In this document: positions 52,198 through 64,000 of the stretch, piece by piece
How the letters are laid out: each line of letters begins with the position of its first letter
How positions within the stretch are numbered: the stretch's first letter is position 1
Source of the DNA: Geosiphon pyriformis uo1
Taxonomy: Eukaryota; Fungi; Glomeromycota
Direction: 5' to 3'
NCBI GenBank assembly: GCA_016748015.1
Contig: JAAOMT010000307.1
Span: 7,357-71,356 of the forward strand
DNA: 64,000 nt
Translations under genes and position numbers: made by a program
The notes under the pieces: generated by a model
The model's input: only the letters and a program-made list of their open reading frames with translations
Database searches by the model: none
What the model was told of the DNA's origin: nothing

Positions 52198-53050
52198 AGC
52201 AATAACAACAATAATAATAACAACAATAATAACAATAACAATAACAACAATAATAACAATAATAATAACAACAACAAAAATAATAAAAACAGTAATAATA
52301 AATAATAATAGCAATAATAACAATAGCAATAACAATAATAATAATAACAATAATAACAACAACAAAAATAATAACAACAATAATAACAATAACAATAACA
52401 GTAATAACAATAATAACAATAATAACAACAATAATAATAACAATAATAACAATAATAACAATAATAATAACAATAACAATAACAATAACAATAATAATAA
52501 CAATAATAATAACAACAATAATAGTAATAATAATAATAACAACAATAATAACAACAACAACAATAATAATAATAATAATAACAATAATAATAATAACAGT
52601 AATAACAACAACAATAACAATAATAATAACAATAAAAATAATAATAGCAATAATAATAATAACAATAATAACAACAACAAAAATAATAACAATAATAATA
52701 ACAATAACAATAACAACAATAACAATAATAACAGTAATAACAACAATAATAATAACAATAATAACAATAATAACAATAATAATAACAATAATAATAACAA
52801 TAATAATAACAATAACAATAATAACAATAGCAGTAATAACAGTAATAACAACAATAATAACAATAATAATAATAATAACAATAATAATAACAATAATAAT
52901 AACAGTAATAACAGTAATAACAGTAATAACAACAATAATAATAACAATAATAACAATAACAACAATAACAATAGTAATAATAACAATAGCAACAACAATA
53001 ATAAAAATAACAAAAACAATAGTAACAACAACAATAGCAATAATGACAAC
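51533..53050. repeat. 1.5-kb compound trinucleotide microsatellite (AAT/AAC with AGT/AGC)
   Basis: Direct reading; accounts for the poly-L/I/Y ORFs in the track. Confidence 0.98.
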
Positions 53051-54329
53051 AAAAAAAGTCAAAAAAGAATAAAAAATATATGAAGTCTTATAAATCAAAT
53101 AATCTAATTGTCATTTGTTATTTTTATTTATGATAATAATAATGATAAACTCTAATAATCTTAATTTTTATTAGTTTATTGATCTTTTCATAAAAGATAT
53201 ATTTTAAATAATTCTTAATTAATATATTATATTAATTATATAGTGTTCTATTTATACTTAAAAAAAAACAATATTCTCTTTATTTATTGTGATTATTTTT
53301 GAGTTTGATGTTTTATTGTTTATTTGTTGACTTAATTTAACAATTTCTAATTTATCAAACTAAAAAGTGTAATTTTAAATATTTTCATGTAAAAATATCT
53401 ATTTAAAGAGTTTTATTAATATTCTGCAACAATTTTTTTATAAATATTGTTGCTATTTCCTTTTGTTATTCTTTTTCTCAAATTAATTTTTTTCTTTCAA
53501 TTCCAATTTACCATTATAAAATAAAAAAATTTATATATTTTTATAAAATTATAAATGATAAATTAATTTATGAGTTTGATTGTTAATTCCATTAATTAGA
53601 TTTTACAAGAATTTTTAAACATAATTTCGTTTAAAATTAATTAATTTTAATGTTAACTTAATTTAAAAAGAAGATAAACTTATTAATTATATTAATATCT
53701 TAATTTGATTCTATATGTTTAATATGAAAAATAATATAATTTTAAACAAAATTGGTTTTAATTTTTCTGTTTTGATTTTATAATTAAAGTTTATAAATAA
53801 CATTTTTATTTTAAATTAAATCAAGCTTTTTAATAAAAATATTGCTTTTTAAAATTGTTGTTATATAAAAAACAATTAATTTTAATTTTAATTTGGCACA
53901 AATAATAAAAAATTCAAAAAATAAAACTGATTACTAATTATTATCTTGATTAATTCTTTTTTATAAGTGATTATATTTTAATTAAATTTTATTATATTAT
54001 TATATTATTATATTATAATATTTAAAATATAAATTAAAACGTTTCTTATATTCATTCAAATATTTTAAAATATTAAATATGTAATTTATCAAGATTTAAT
54101 TCAAATTTTTCAAAAAATTAATAATTAATTTTTTTTGAATACAATTTATTCCTTTTTTAAACATTTTTTATTGATATAATTAAGATTACATATAAAATAT
54201 TATTATTAACTCATTCTATAGATAATTTTTGGATCTCATAAAAGTATATATACTATCCTTTGCTAATTCTTGTACATTAAAATTTGTAATAATAATAAAT
54301 TTAATTTATATATGTATAACTTTTGTTGC

Positions 54330-55200
54330 TCTTAAAATACTATTACAGAGCAGAATTTTTGCAACTTTTTAAAAAAATCATATATAATTGAAGTTTTTTG
54401 CAAAGTGACGAAATTTTCTTCTAGCTTTTTTGTATGGTGTTCAATTAAATAGTCTTCAAAATAATCAATAATGTTTTTAGAATAAGCTTGTCAACAGTAA
54501 TAAGTAATTCTAAATGGTAAGTACTTCATATTTATTAAGAGAAATCTTACCACTGTATATAGTATTTATAGAAGAAATAAACATATAAATTTATTTTATC
54601 CAAAATATTTTGAAACAAATAAAAACCTTTACTTGAGAATTAGATCAAAAATATTAGATTAAATATTATGTTTAGCAAAAATAATTGTATTGTTTTCCCT
54701 TTTAACCTAATTAATAGAGAATGTTATAACAAAATATTGTGTAATATTGCTGCTGCTAAAATTTGTGAATGAGAATGAAAAGTTTTTATATTAGATGCTT
54801 TTCCAAAAACAATTCTAACATCAGAAAAATTTTGAATTCCCAAAATTATGATAAAGTGAGAAAGAATTGCTAAAATGCCATTGATAAGATATAAAAAGCT
54901 TTTTCAAATATTGATATTTCAATCTGCAGTCTTTATACTAATATGTAATTGACAAGTGATCAGATAAAAAATTAAAAAATACATTTTTGAAATTCAATAT
55001 TTGTAAATAAATTTGAGAATTAAAATTTTATTGAACTGAAGAAATATTTTTTAATTGTTTAGTTTATTGAAAAGTAACTTTTGTTTTTGGAAAATAAAGA
55101 AAATCTCAGATAGCTAAAAAATTTTTCTGAGTAGCTGGTCATGTGTTGAAACAGCATAATCCATGTTTATAGTAATAGAACCTCACTTTGTCATAGGAAA
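54330..55200 (+). pseudogene. Possible decayed F-box/LRR-like remnant
   Basis: AEFLQLF, SFLYGVQLNSL and YPKY fragments lie in F-box-family order; weak. Confidence 0.25.
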
Positions 55201-57283
55201 ATTTTTTTTAATTAAATTGGTTAATTAAAATTAGTTTATTAGTGTTATAGATTTTTAGAAATTAATAAGTAAATTATAGATCCAAAAATAATAGCATTAA
55301 TATTATATTTTGATTTTGTGAATTTTGTTATGTTTTTATGGATTTGGTCACATTTACAAGATTCTAGTGTCAATTACCACTTTTCTCCAGATATTTATAG
55401 TGTTATGGCCAACATATATATTTGTTGCAGGAATTGCCAATTTTTTTTGTTTAACTAATTGAATGTATATTAGTTTACCTAATATCAATAAAAGGTTTTA
55501 TAAAAACAAAAAAAGTTAGCCTAAATTATTACACATTTAAATTTGAAATTAAAACCAATATAATAGTAATATCTTAATAAGAATTTTAAGCAATATAAAT
55601 TTTTGTCTTATTAAAACAAAATATAATAATTACTTTTTTAAACCAGAACAAGATTATAATATTAATGTTTAGTTTAAAGTTATAAAAAATACAAAATTTG
55701 TTTTAATCGTATTACATATATTTTTGAATGATTTTTTTAATTGTTGTTTGACTTTAAAAAGTGATCTGATTGATGTATTTTGGGCTTTGCTATAAAATTT
55801 ACACTTTTATAAAATATTACATTTTTAAACCTATTCATCTATTTGGTGTAAAGCTTAAATTGTTGCTGAGAATTTATTTTTCTTTTCAAAATTTTATGTA
55901 CTGTAGATTCTTCTATGCCAAATTAACTTATTAATATAATATTAGAAAGTGTTGCCTGGACAAAATCTTATTTTTTAAGCAAGTGTAAAGAAAATTATGT
56001 TTTTTTTATGAGTACAACGAGTGAAGTTTTTCTTTTTATATAAAGTTTTCTATAATTGCAAAATAATGGTTAAAAATATTAAATAAAATAAACTTTTATT
56101 TCAAATAAATAATTTTTTTTGGATATTTCAAAATAATTCTTCGGATTAGGAAAAAAAATTATTACAGTTGATTGATTATCTATTTTCGGTTTAACAAGAT
56201 TTACCATGTACATTCAATTTGTTTTAATAAGGAAATGGTTTTTAAAAATCTTTCTGAAATCGAAAAGCACATATTTGTTTAGCTATATGAGAATTAAGAT
56301 TATTTACCCTTATTTGATTGAAATAGATCAAGAATGTATTCACAACAGAAGAATTGGTCAACTGTTTTAACAAATTAATTTATCCATTCCCCAACCCTTT
56401 AAAACAAAATGACAACGACTAAGAGAAAATGTTGGCAATGGATATGTTCACATAAATCCACAAATAATCTCATTACCATGAAAACTTTACTAATTAGAAT
56501 AATTCTACATTAAAGGCTGTATTAATCAAAAAAATACATAAATTAAAAAGTCATTTATTTCTTTAAATTTTTTTTACTAAATTTTAAAATATAACTTTTC
56601 AAGAAAAATAATTTATTGTCAAAAAAATTAAAATTAATATATTGATATATATATATATATACATTAATTTAATCTAACTTAATTTAATTTAATATTATTT
56701 ATTTGGTATTATAAATTATCAAAATTTATAAATTTAATTCACATTTTTCAAAAATTACATTGTTACCTTTATTGAATTTCTTAAAATTTGAAACAAAATT
56801 ATATAGAAAATTTTTTAAAAAATTAATGTAATACTTGCCTAAAGAAAGTTTTTAACTGATCTACTCTTTGTTGTAAAAATAAATGACAATATAAATAATT
56901 TCCAAATGTAATTTCTAAATAAACCCAAAATGTGCTAAACTACTTAACCAACATTGCAATTCTCTATTTTTAATGTGGTAAACGCTGGAATTTTTATTGT
57001 AACAATTTATCCCTTTTTCGTGGTTGACCAAATGGAATAACAGATAGCAAGCTGGGAATAGAGAAAATGGTGTCAAGTATCATTTTTTGTTTCAATCTTT
57101 ATACCATATTCCACCAAAAACACGTTATAAAATCACCTTTCATATCAATTGTATAAACCAATTGAATTAATTTTCATTCTATAATAAACTACTTTACTTA
57201 AAATCACATGTTCCAAGTTCAATCTTCCTTTGCTTATCATTAATTATTTTTTTTTTATCTGATCTGATTTGGAATTTGTGTAT

Positions 57284-58707
57284 TTATGTATTCAATCTAG
57301 ATTTTTCGCAGTTTTCCATCCATTTCGAATGCTTTTTTCTCATTTTTTGTTGTCCCCTTCCATATAAATAACAAAGTGCAAGATCGTGTTGTGCCAGTGT
57401 ATGTCCCGCTTCTGCTGCTTTTGAATAAAGTTCAAATGCTTTTTCTAAATTTTTTGTCGTTTCTTCTCTATTAGCATAACAATTTGCAAGATAGTATTGT
57501 GCATTTAAATCTCCCGCCCCCACTGCTTTTAAAAAAAGTTCAAATGCTTTTTCTAAATTTTTCGTTGTTTTTTCTCCATTAGCATAAAAAGCTGCGAGAT
57601 TGAATTGTGCCATTTTATGTCCTGCCTCTGCTGCTTTTGAAAAAAGTTCAAATCCTTTTTCTGAATTTTTTGTTGTTCCTTCTCCATTTAAATAACAATT
57701 TGCAAGATTGTATTGTGCTGTTGTATGTTCCGCTTCTGCTGCTTTTAAATAAAGTTGAAATGCTTTTTCAGAATTTTATGTTGTTCCTTCTCCATTATCA
57801 TAACAAACTGCAAGATTGTATTGTGCCAGTGTATGTCCCGCCTCTATTGCTTTTGAATAAAGTTGAAATGCTTTTTCTGATTTTTCGTTGTTCCTTTTCC
57901 ATTAGCATGACAAAGTGCAAGATTAAATTGTGCCGTTGTATGTCCCGCCTCTGCTGCTTTTGAATAAAGTTGAAATGCTTTTTCAGAATTTTTTGTTGTC
58001 CCCCTTCCATATAAATAACAAAGTGCAAGATTGAGTTGTGTCATTGTATGTCCCGCCTCTGCTGCTTTTGAATAAAGTTTGAATGCTTTTTCAGAATTTT
58101 TCGTTGTTCCTTCTTCATTATCATAACAAACTGCAAGGCTATATTCAGCATCTGAATCTCCTGCCTCTACCACTTTTAAATAAAGTTCAAATGCTTTTTC
58201 TCGATCTTGTTTAGTACTGATTCCATTATAATAGCAACGTCCTAAGAAGAATTGTCCAAAAGAGTTGTCTGCATTCGCTGCTTTTCAAAATTCTAAAAAT
58301 GCTCTTTTTAAATTAGGAATAGTTCCAATCCCATGTTCTAAAGAAAAGCCGAGCAAGATATAGTCTGCCGAACACTTTGAACTTTTATTATTTAAGCAAT
58401 TGAAGAAGTTTTCAGGTTTTTTCTGATTGAACTCAACATATTTTTTCACCGAGTCAGCAACTTTTGAATATTCACTAGCTGAAAAAATGGCCAAATTTTT
58501 TTTGATGACAATTAATGCTCCTTCAAGCCATTCGAAGGATGAAGTTGCATTTTCAATTGATGAAGTTAAAGAAATGATTTTTTGTAGCAACACAAATGAA
58601 TTATTAAACCTCCAATATTTTGGATGGGTAAAGAAGTATTTAATCTTGCTAATAAATAAAGATTTTAACCTATAATCAAATTCCCGAAAAGCCTTGGCCT
58701 TGAAACG
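57284..58707 (-). pseudogene. SEL1-like repeat (TPR/HCP) protein pseudogene, ~10 repeats of 36 aa (108 bp)
   Basis: Units AQxNLAxCYxNGxGTTKNxEKAFxLYSKAAEAG; in-frame TGA at 58285, frameshift ~57880, TAA ~57776, frameshift ~57355; start codon not identified. Confidence 0.9.
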
Positions 58708-59044
58708 CTAGAAAGTTCTGAAAATAGATGCCTATTTTGTAAATTGTTTAAACGGGTAAAGATTTTTAAATCCAAAGACGTAAAAAAGGCTGATGATGTT
58801 TGTTATTGTCAATGATAAATTTTCTAAATCTACAATCTAGTTCCCAAGATTGCAGATGGTTCTTTTTTAACCTATAATCACATTTCTGAAAAGGCTAAAC
58901 CTTAAAGAAATCTGAAATGCTGAAAATAGACGCCCATTTCATTTCCTCATTGCTTAAACGGGTAAAAGTGCAAAAGGCGTAAAAAGGCTGAATATGATAA
59001 ATTTTCTAAATATATAATCTAATCTTAACATTACAGTTGGTCTT
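58663..59044. repeat. Diverged ~200-bp tandem duplication at the 5' end of the SEL1 gene
   Basis: ttttaacctataatca, ctgaaaataga, ttaaacgggtaaa, cgtaaaaa(a)ggctga and atgataaattttctaaat each occur twice in the same order (58663-58864; 58865-59044). Confidence 0.85.
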
Positions 59045-62000
59045 CGTTAGCTCTAGCCAGTTCAGTAATAACAAATTTAATAACATTTCCTTTGCATAAA
59101 GTTTACAGCGAGTCGATAAACCAATTTAATTAATTAGTTATTCTCATAATTTTGTTTTAAAGAAAATGCCAAATCTCAATATTACCTTGATATTCACATT
59201 AAATTAAAATTTTCAAAATTATCATCTTTGTATTTCACTTGGCAAATATTTTGTTTAAAATTTTATACATATTGGTTGATATTTGAATATGTTAGATAAA
59301 ATCTAAATTACAAAAATTAATTACTGTGTATCTTTGCCTTGAAGTTATATATTTTTGAAGTATAAACGCTTTAAATCCATTATAAAATTTGATGAATTCA
59401 GCATTACTTTATTGAGTAGAGATATTTAAGTTTTAATGAAAAAATTAGTAAAATTTACTCAAAGAAATTGAGTATATTGAAACCTATAATGTAATTTTCA
59501 CCAACTGTATTAATATCTAAGTACTGAAATATGAAGAGATGAATTCATAAAATGTGATTCAGTCAAAATTAAAGGCTAATTCAAAATTTATGATTTTTTA
59601 AGCCTTGAGACTTTGAAGTTTTACAGCAAATCATTCTTGTTTAAGATTGTCACAGTATTATGTATAATTTTTGTTGAAATTAATAAATTTGGCTATTTTC
59701 CTGTGAGTTCTTGTCTTTATATAAAAGATTTTGAAACTTTGAGTTAAAATAACTATTAAATAATTAAATATTAAATAATCAAAGATTAAATAATATAATT
59801 TTAAATTAAATAATAAAAACCAAGAAGAATTTCATATTTATTTGCTTTTATAGTTTAATTTTATAATTGGGAAAATGTTTAAGGTATTTATTACATAATT
59901 ATTATATTGATAAAATATATAATAAAATATTGAATTTTTAGAGTTAAAAAATTTTAAATTAAAAATAACATATGTTTGTTGTTAAAATGGTTTGAAAAAA
60001 ATATAACACCAAAAAAAATATAAATTTTTAATTATAATTATAATTTTTGAAGTTCTAAGATCGTATTAAAAATAGCAATATAACATAAAAACTCAAATTT
60101 TCTTTTATAAATTGTATTTTTTAAAATATTATTTCATTTAAATATTTTAAATATTTAAATAATAATTAATAAATCAAATTTAATACTTTTAGATAAATCG
60201 AATAAATTTTAATATAATAAAAAAAAGTTATAATTTTAAATGAAAAGAATCTAAAATCCAAAAAAAAATTCTATTATATTTATAAATCTATTTTTAAATC
60301 TATACGTTTGGGAAAAATATCTTAATCATAAATTGTTAAATTTTTTAAGAATCTAACAAATTGAAAATATATATTATTCTAAAGTAATTTTTTTTATTTA
60401 AAATTTTTTTAATTATTTTATTAATATTTTATTTTACAGTTCATTTATTTTTATTTCTTAATTATACAATTATGTTATTTTTAAATTAGATAATCATATA
60501 TCTTTTCTATTTATAATATGACTTATAATATATATTAATATTATTTTTTACTTTATTCTTTAATATTTATTTATATTTACTTTTATTCTTGACTTTTTTT
60601 ATTTTTATTTTAGTTGAAACTTTATTTGTTTACAGTTTTAGAAACTTTTAATTTGCAATAGTTAAAAAAAATTAAAAAAATTAGGTTAAAAGTTTTACAA
60701 ACTATTTAAAATTTGAGTTAAACTAATTTGATGAGAATATTTCAAGTTTTTACATATAAATTTTATAATAAAAAAACAATTATTGCACCAACACGCTTAT
60801 ATTTTAAAAAATTTATCGTATACGTAATGATAAAACATAACTTTAATTAAGCATTAAATCCGGATAAGAATTTTTAATTCAATAATATTGTTTAATAAAA
60901 CCTTTTAGCAGTCAATTAATTATTATGACATTATCAAAAATAGATATATAACTTTTTTATTTTATTTTCATAACCAAAAAATTACTATTAGATTCTTTTT
61001 AGAGTTAAGATTTTTTTGATATTATTCATAAAATTTATTTATATGACTAATTTCATCAAAAACGAAAATTTTTTTCAGAAAAACTGACTTCTCTACTAAT
61101 AATTTAGAAATTTAATTTTCTAATTTGCAAAGATTTTTATTTTAAAACTTAGCCTTCGCCAATTTCATTTAACTGTTTGAAGGTAGAGGGTAATAACGAA
61201 ATTGGTAACAGGAAATAAGAGAGATAGAGAAAATAAACAAAAAGTCGGATGAAAAGGATGATATGTGAAAAACTCTGGAAGAAAACTCGAATTAAACAAT
61301 GTAAAAAACGGTTGAAGTTTGAGGAAAAATCTGTAAAATAATTAAGCAGAATAAAAAAAAATATTGGTAAAAGACGTTTTTTAATTTTCTGCAGATTCAT
61401 AAATTTCTTGTTAAAATAACTACAAAGTAATAAATAGAATGATTTTTTTGATCATTAAGATGGGAAATAATTTTTCAAAATTGATTTTAACTGTAATTAT
61501 TTTTCAAATTTAAAAAGACTTTTTAACTTGGGTGCAGCCTTTCAAGCTTTCGTCAAGATATCTTTTTAATGGACTAATTAACACTTAAATAAAAATATAC
61601 TTATTTTCTAACCATATTTTAATAGGCTAAAATTGGTCAATTTGCTTGAAATAATAAATTTTTTTTTTACAAAAGAATATAATTTTAAAAAATAGTTTAA
61701 TAATAATAATAATAAAAGTATCAGTAAAACAATATTAAATTCATAAATTATTTAAATATAAAACGTTTAAGTCAAATAATTTAATTGCTTGTCTTTTTTT
61801 TATATATCAATTTATGTTTTTCATTCTAATTATAAATTCAAAAACAGACTTGCGCATTGCTCCTAAAATAATTGATCGATAAAAATAGAAATTTTTTATA
61901 ATAATATTGACAAATAAAAACTAAATAATTGTATTATTTAGTATTATTTACTTTTGGTAATTTTAAAATAAAAATAATATTTGTCTTTTTATTCAAGTAA

Positions 62001-62558
62001 TTTTTTTATTTTATTTTATTTTTTATTTTCAAGTTTTTTTAATAATAGATTAACTAAAATTATTATATATTACTAGTAAGTTGTTATTTTGTTTTTTTAA
62101 AATCAAAAATGAAAATTAATTATTAAATTATTCAAATAAGAAAACTTTTTAAAACAAATATACTGTATTATTTCAAATTCCAATTAAAGAAATATAATTT
62201 ATATCATTAAGATTTTAAATAAAAAATATTAACAACCTTTTTTTATAAAGAAACTTTTAACATTTTTAAGCACAAAGAAAAAATTGAAATTATTTTATTA
62301 AAAAAACAGATTATTATTTAAACCCAAAATACAAAATTTATATAAGTAAAGCTAATAAATTTAAACTTAAATTTTTGAATTTTTCATTATACAGTATAAA
62401 AAAATTACGAAATTCTGAAATTTTAGGTAATTTCGTATCAATATTACAATAGCATTTCAAAAAAAGAACTTTAAATTACAATCTTATTTAAACACAATAA
62501 AAATAATAAAGTATAACTTATATGGTAAACAAAATATGTAATTTCTTAATATTTTTTG

Positions 62559-62714
62559 TGTGCAAGTCCAACCACTATCTATGTACACACAAAACTTATA
62601 CATGTTCTACAATAAACGCAGCTCATGCACTTTCTACATGTGACCAGCCATCCAAGCCAATCAAGATTACACTATCTAGCAAAACAAAGCCTAAGCTAAG
62701 ACACTGAGTCCAAA
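62559..62714 (+). mobile_element. 156-bp solo terminal-repeat-like insertion flanked by 8-bp direct repeat attttttg
   Basis: GC-richer island; attttttg at 62551-62558 and 62715-62722; homologous to 38202-38314. Confidence 0.55.
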
Positions 62715-62857
62715 ATTTTTTGCCTAAAATATCCGACGCCTCGCACGCCAGTTTTCTCAACCTACAAAATCCTGAATTAAATAAATGCGTTTTAAATTGC
62801 CTTTACTAATAAAACCATATATAATAATTTTTATAAACAACCAATTCTTCGTTCAAA

Positions 62858-64000
62858 TTATTCATCTATTTCAAACCATTTTATAGTTAAATATTGATAA
62901 AAAACAATTAATATCATTATTAAAATAAATTGAAAGTGCTTACTGATTTGGTCAAGTGTGTCTTTATTCGTATGACTAATGCTAGCAGAACAATCCAGAT
63001 CTGGAAAAAAGACGCTTAAATCAGAAAAATTCTTAAACATTAAATATGATAATTGAAAGTCTCACCACTCATTGAACATGTAAAGTTTGAGATATGTTGA
63101 CTTTTATATCTTGTTTCATCATGTTGAGCATCTTTTATCTCTTCAGAATAAAATCTTTTCTCATAGACAAGTTCATTTAAGTTACAGTTATCATGAGCAG
63201 CGATAACTCTTTGTTGAAGTTGTTCTGCAGTGTTACGGTATTGGGGATCACAATGCCAATTTTTTTCAATTATTTCCTGAATACATTGAGGTGTATGTTT
63301 CTTGATTGTAGGACGCTTTCCCTTAATCACATCATGTACCACGTTGATAGGATCTGTATTATTAAAAGCTCTTTCTCCCGATATAATTTCACATGAAATG
63401 ATAGCAAAGCTGTATATATCGCTATACTTAGTATGAGAACCCTCCTCGAAAATTTCAGGCGCAAGATATTCAAGAACACCATAAATGTTTCCAGATTGTG
63501 GAGCGTCATCTGCAGGACGACAGAGTCCAAGATCAGAAATGACAACTTTTAAGGGGTTTGTTTTCAAAACAAGTATATTTCCAGGATGCAAGTCCCCATG
63601 TACCAGTTTTGATTCATGTATAAATCTTAGGCCACCAGCGATTTGAAAAAGAATACGAAGAAACATGTCCCAAGTGAGAATATCTTTGTTCGACTTGAGA
63701 AAAGCTTTGAGGTCCCCATGTTCCGCAAATGGTAAAACCATAACAAATTCATTATTTGTAACATCTTTGGTTATTCCATAGCATTCAAGGATATATTTGC
63801 AAGATGCACTTGTAAGATGCGCAAGAAACTATTTTAATGCATTTTTTGGTGTTAAAGAAAAAATAGGGATAATAAAAATTACATAGATTACTTAAAAGGA
63901 AATACCTCATCTGAATTGATACATTCCATATTTTGGTTGCCTTTAAGACATTTTAAAGCAACTTTAGTAACCCCAGTTCGTTCATATTTTTGATTTTTCT
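62858..64000 (-). CDS. Tyrosine-kinase-like (TKL) protein kinase, 5' part outside the window; exons 64000-63906, 63828-63066, 63000-62944, 62865-62858
   Basis: VALK, alphaC E, YGITKD, HGDLHPGN, SDLGL, YGVLEYLAPE, SDIYSF, RP. GT-AG introns 63905-63829, 63065-63001 and 62943-62866 keep the frame open to TAA 62858. The last two introns are less certain than the first. Confidence 0.92.

Noticed and set aside
51519-53098. Long poly-Leu/Ile/Tyr/Cys ORFs (up to 479 aa)
   Set aside because: Stop-free translations of the antisense microsatellite; no coding complexity.
56900-57250. GC-richer coding-like patch (possible TLDc-like remnant)
   Set aside because: Motif match too weak; stops in all frames examined.
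57330-58330. CRISPR-like regularly spaced repeats
   Set aside because: The 108-bp period encodes SEL1 protein repeats; there are no unique spacers or cas genes.
61149-61400. 83-aa hydrophobic ORF
   Set aside because: Low-complexity purine/pyrimidine-skewed DNA with no recognisable motif.
62522-62707. 61-aa ORF as a small gene
   Set aside because: It spans the junction into a repeat insertion; no independent support.

Overview
This is an extremely AT-rich eukaryotic, intron-containing window, most consistent with an arbuscular-mycorrhizal-type fungus (Glomeromycota). The basis is a TKL-type kinase (HGDLHPGN/DLG), SEL1-repeat, F-box-like and Crinkler-like family members. The LINE ORF1 peptides resemble predicted proteins I recall from Geosiphon pyriformis (unverified recollection). 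The window is mostly a transposon and pseudogene graveyard. It holds at least five pieces of one RNase H-containing LINE family (ORF1 RRM+CCHC; ORF2 APE-RT-RNaseH-Cys/His knuckle; ATGA stop/start overlap) at very different stages of decay. These are a full-length + strand copy (26084-33963) interrupted by a 981-bp solo LTR, a chimeric - strand copy built from two subfamilies (16136-23370, junction ~21267), and two heavily AT-eroded remnants. It also has a Crinkler-like coiled-coil/REase/kinase pseudogene with a paralogous header exon, a ~10-unit SEL1 pseudogene and decayed F-box-like genes. An isolated degenerate 5.8S rRNA fragment sits next to a hairpin cluster, and there is a perfect 79-bp inverted repeat and a 1.5-kb AAT/AAC microsatellite. 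One protein kinase gene appears intact and runs off the right edge. The most notable system-level signal is pervasive C>T/G>A hypermutation of repeats, including non-CpG contexts (Trp codons converted to TGA/TAG/TAA), which suggests a RIP-like or methylation-coupled genome-defence process. No prokaryote-type system (CRISPR, operon) is present. All alignments were done by eye.
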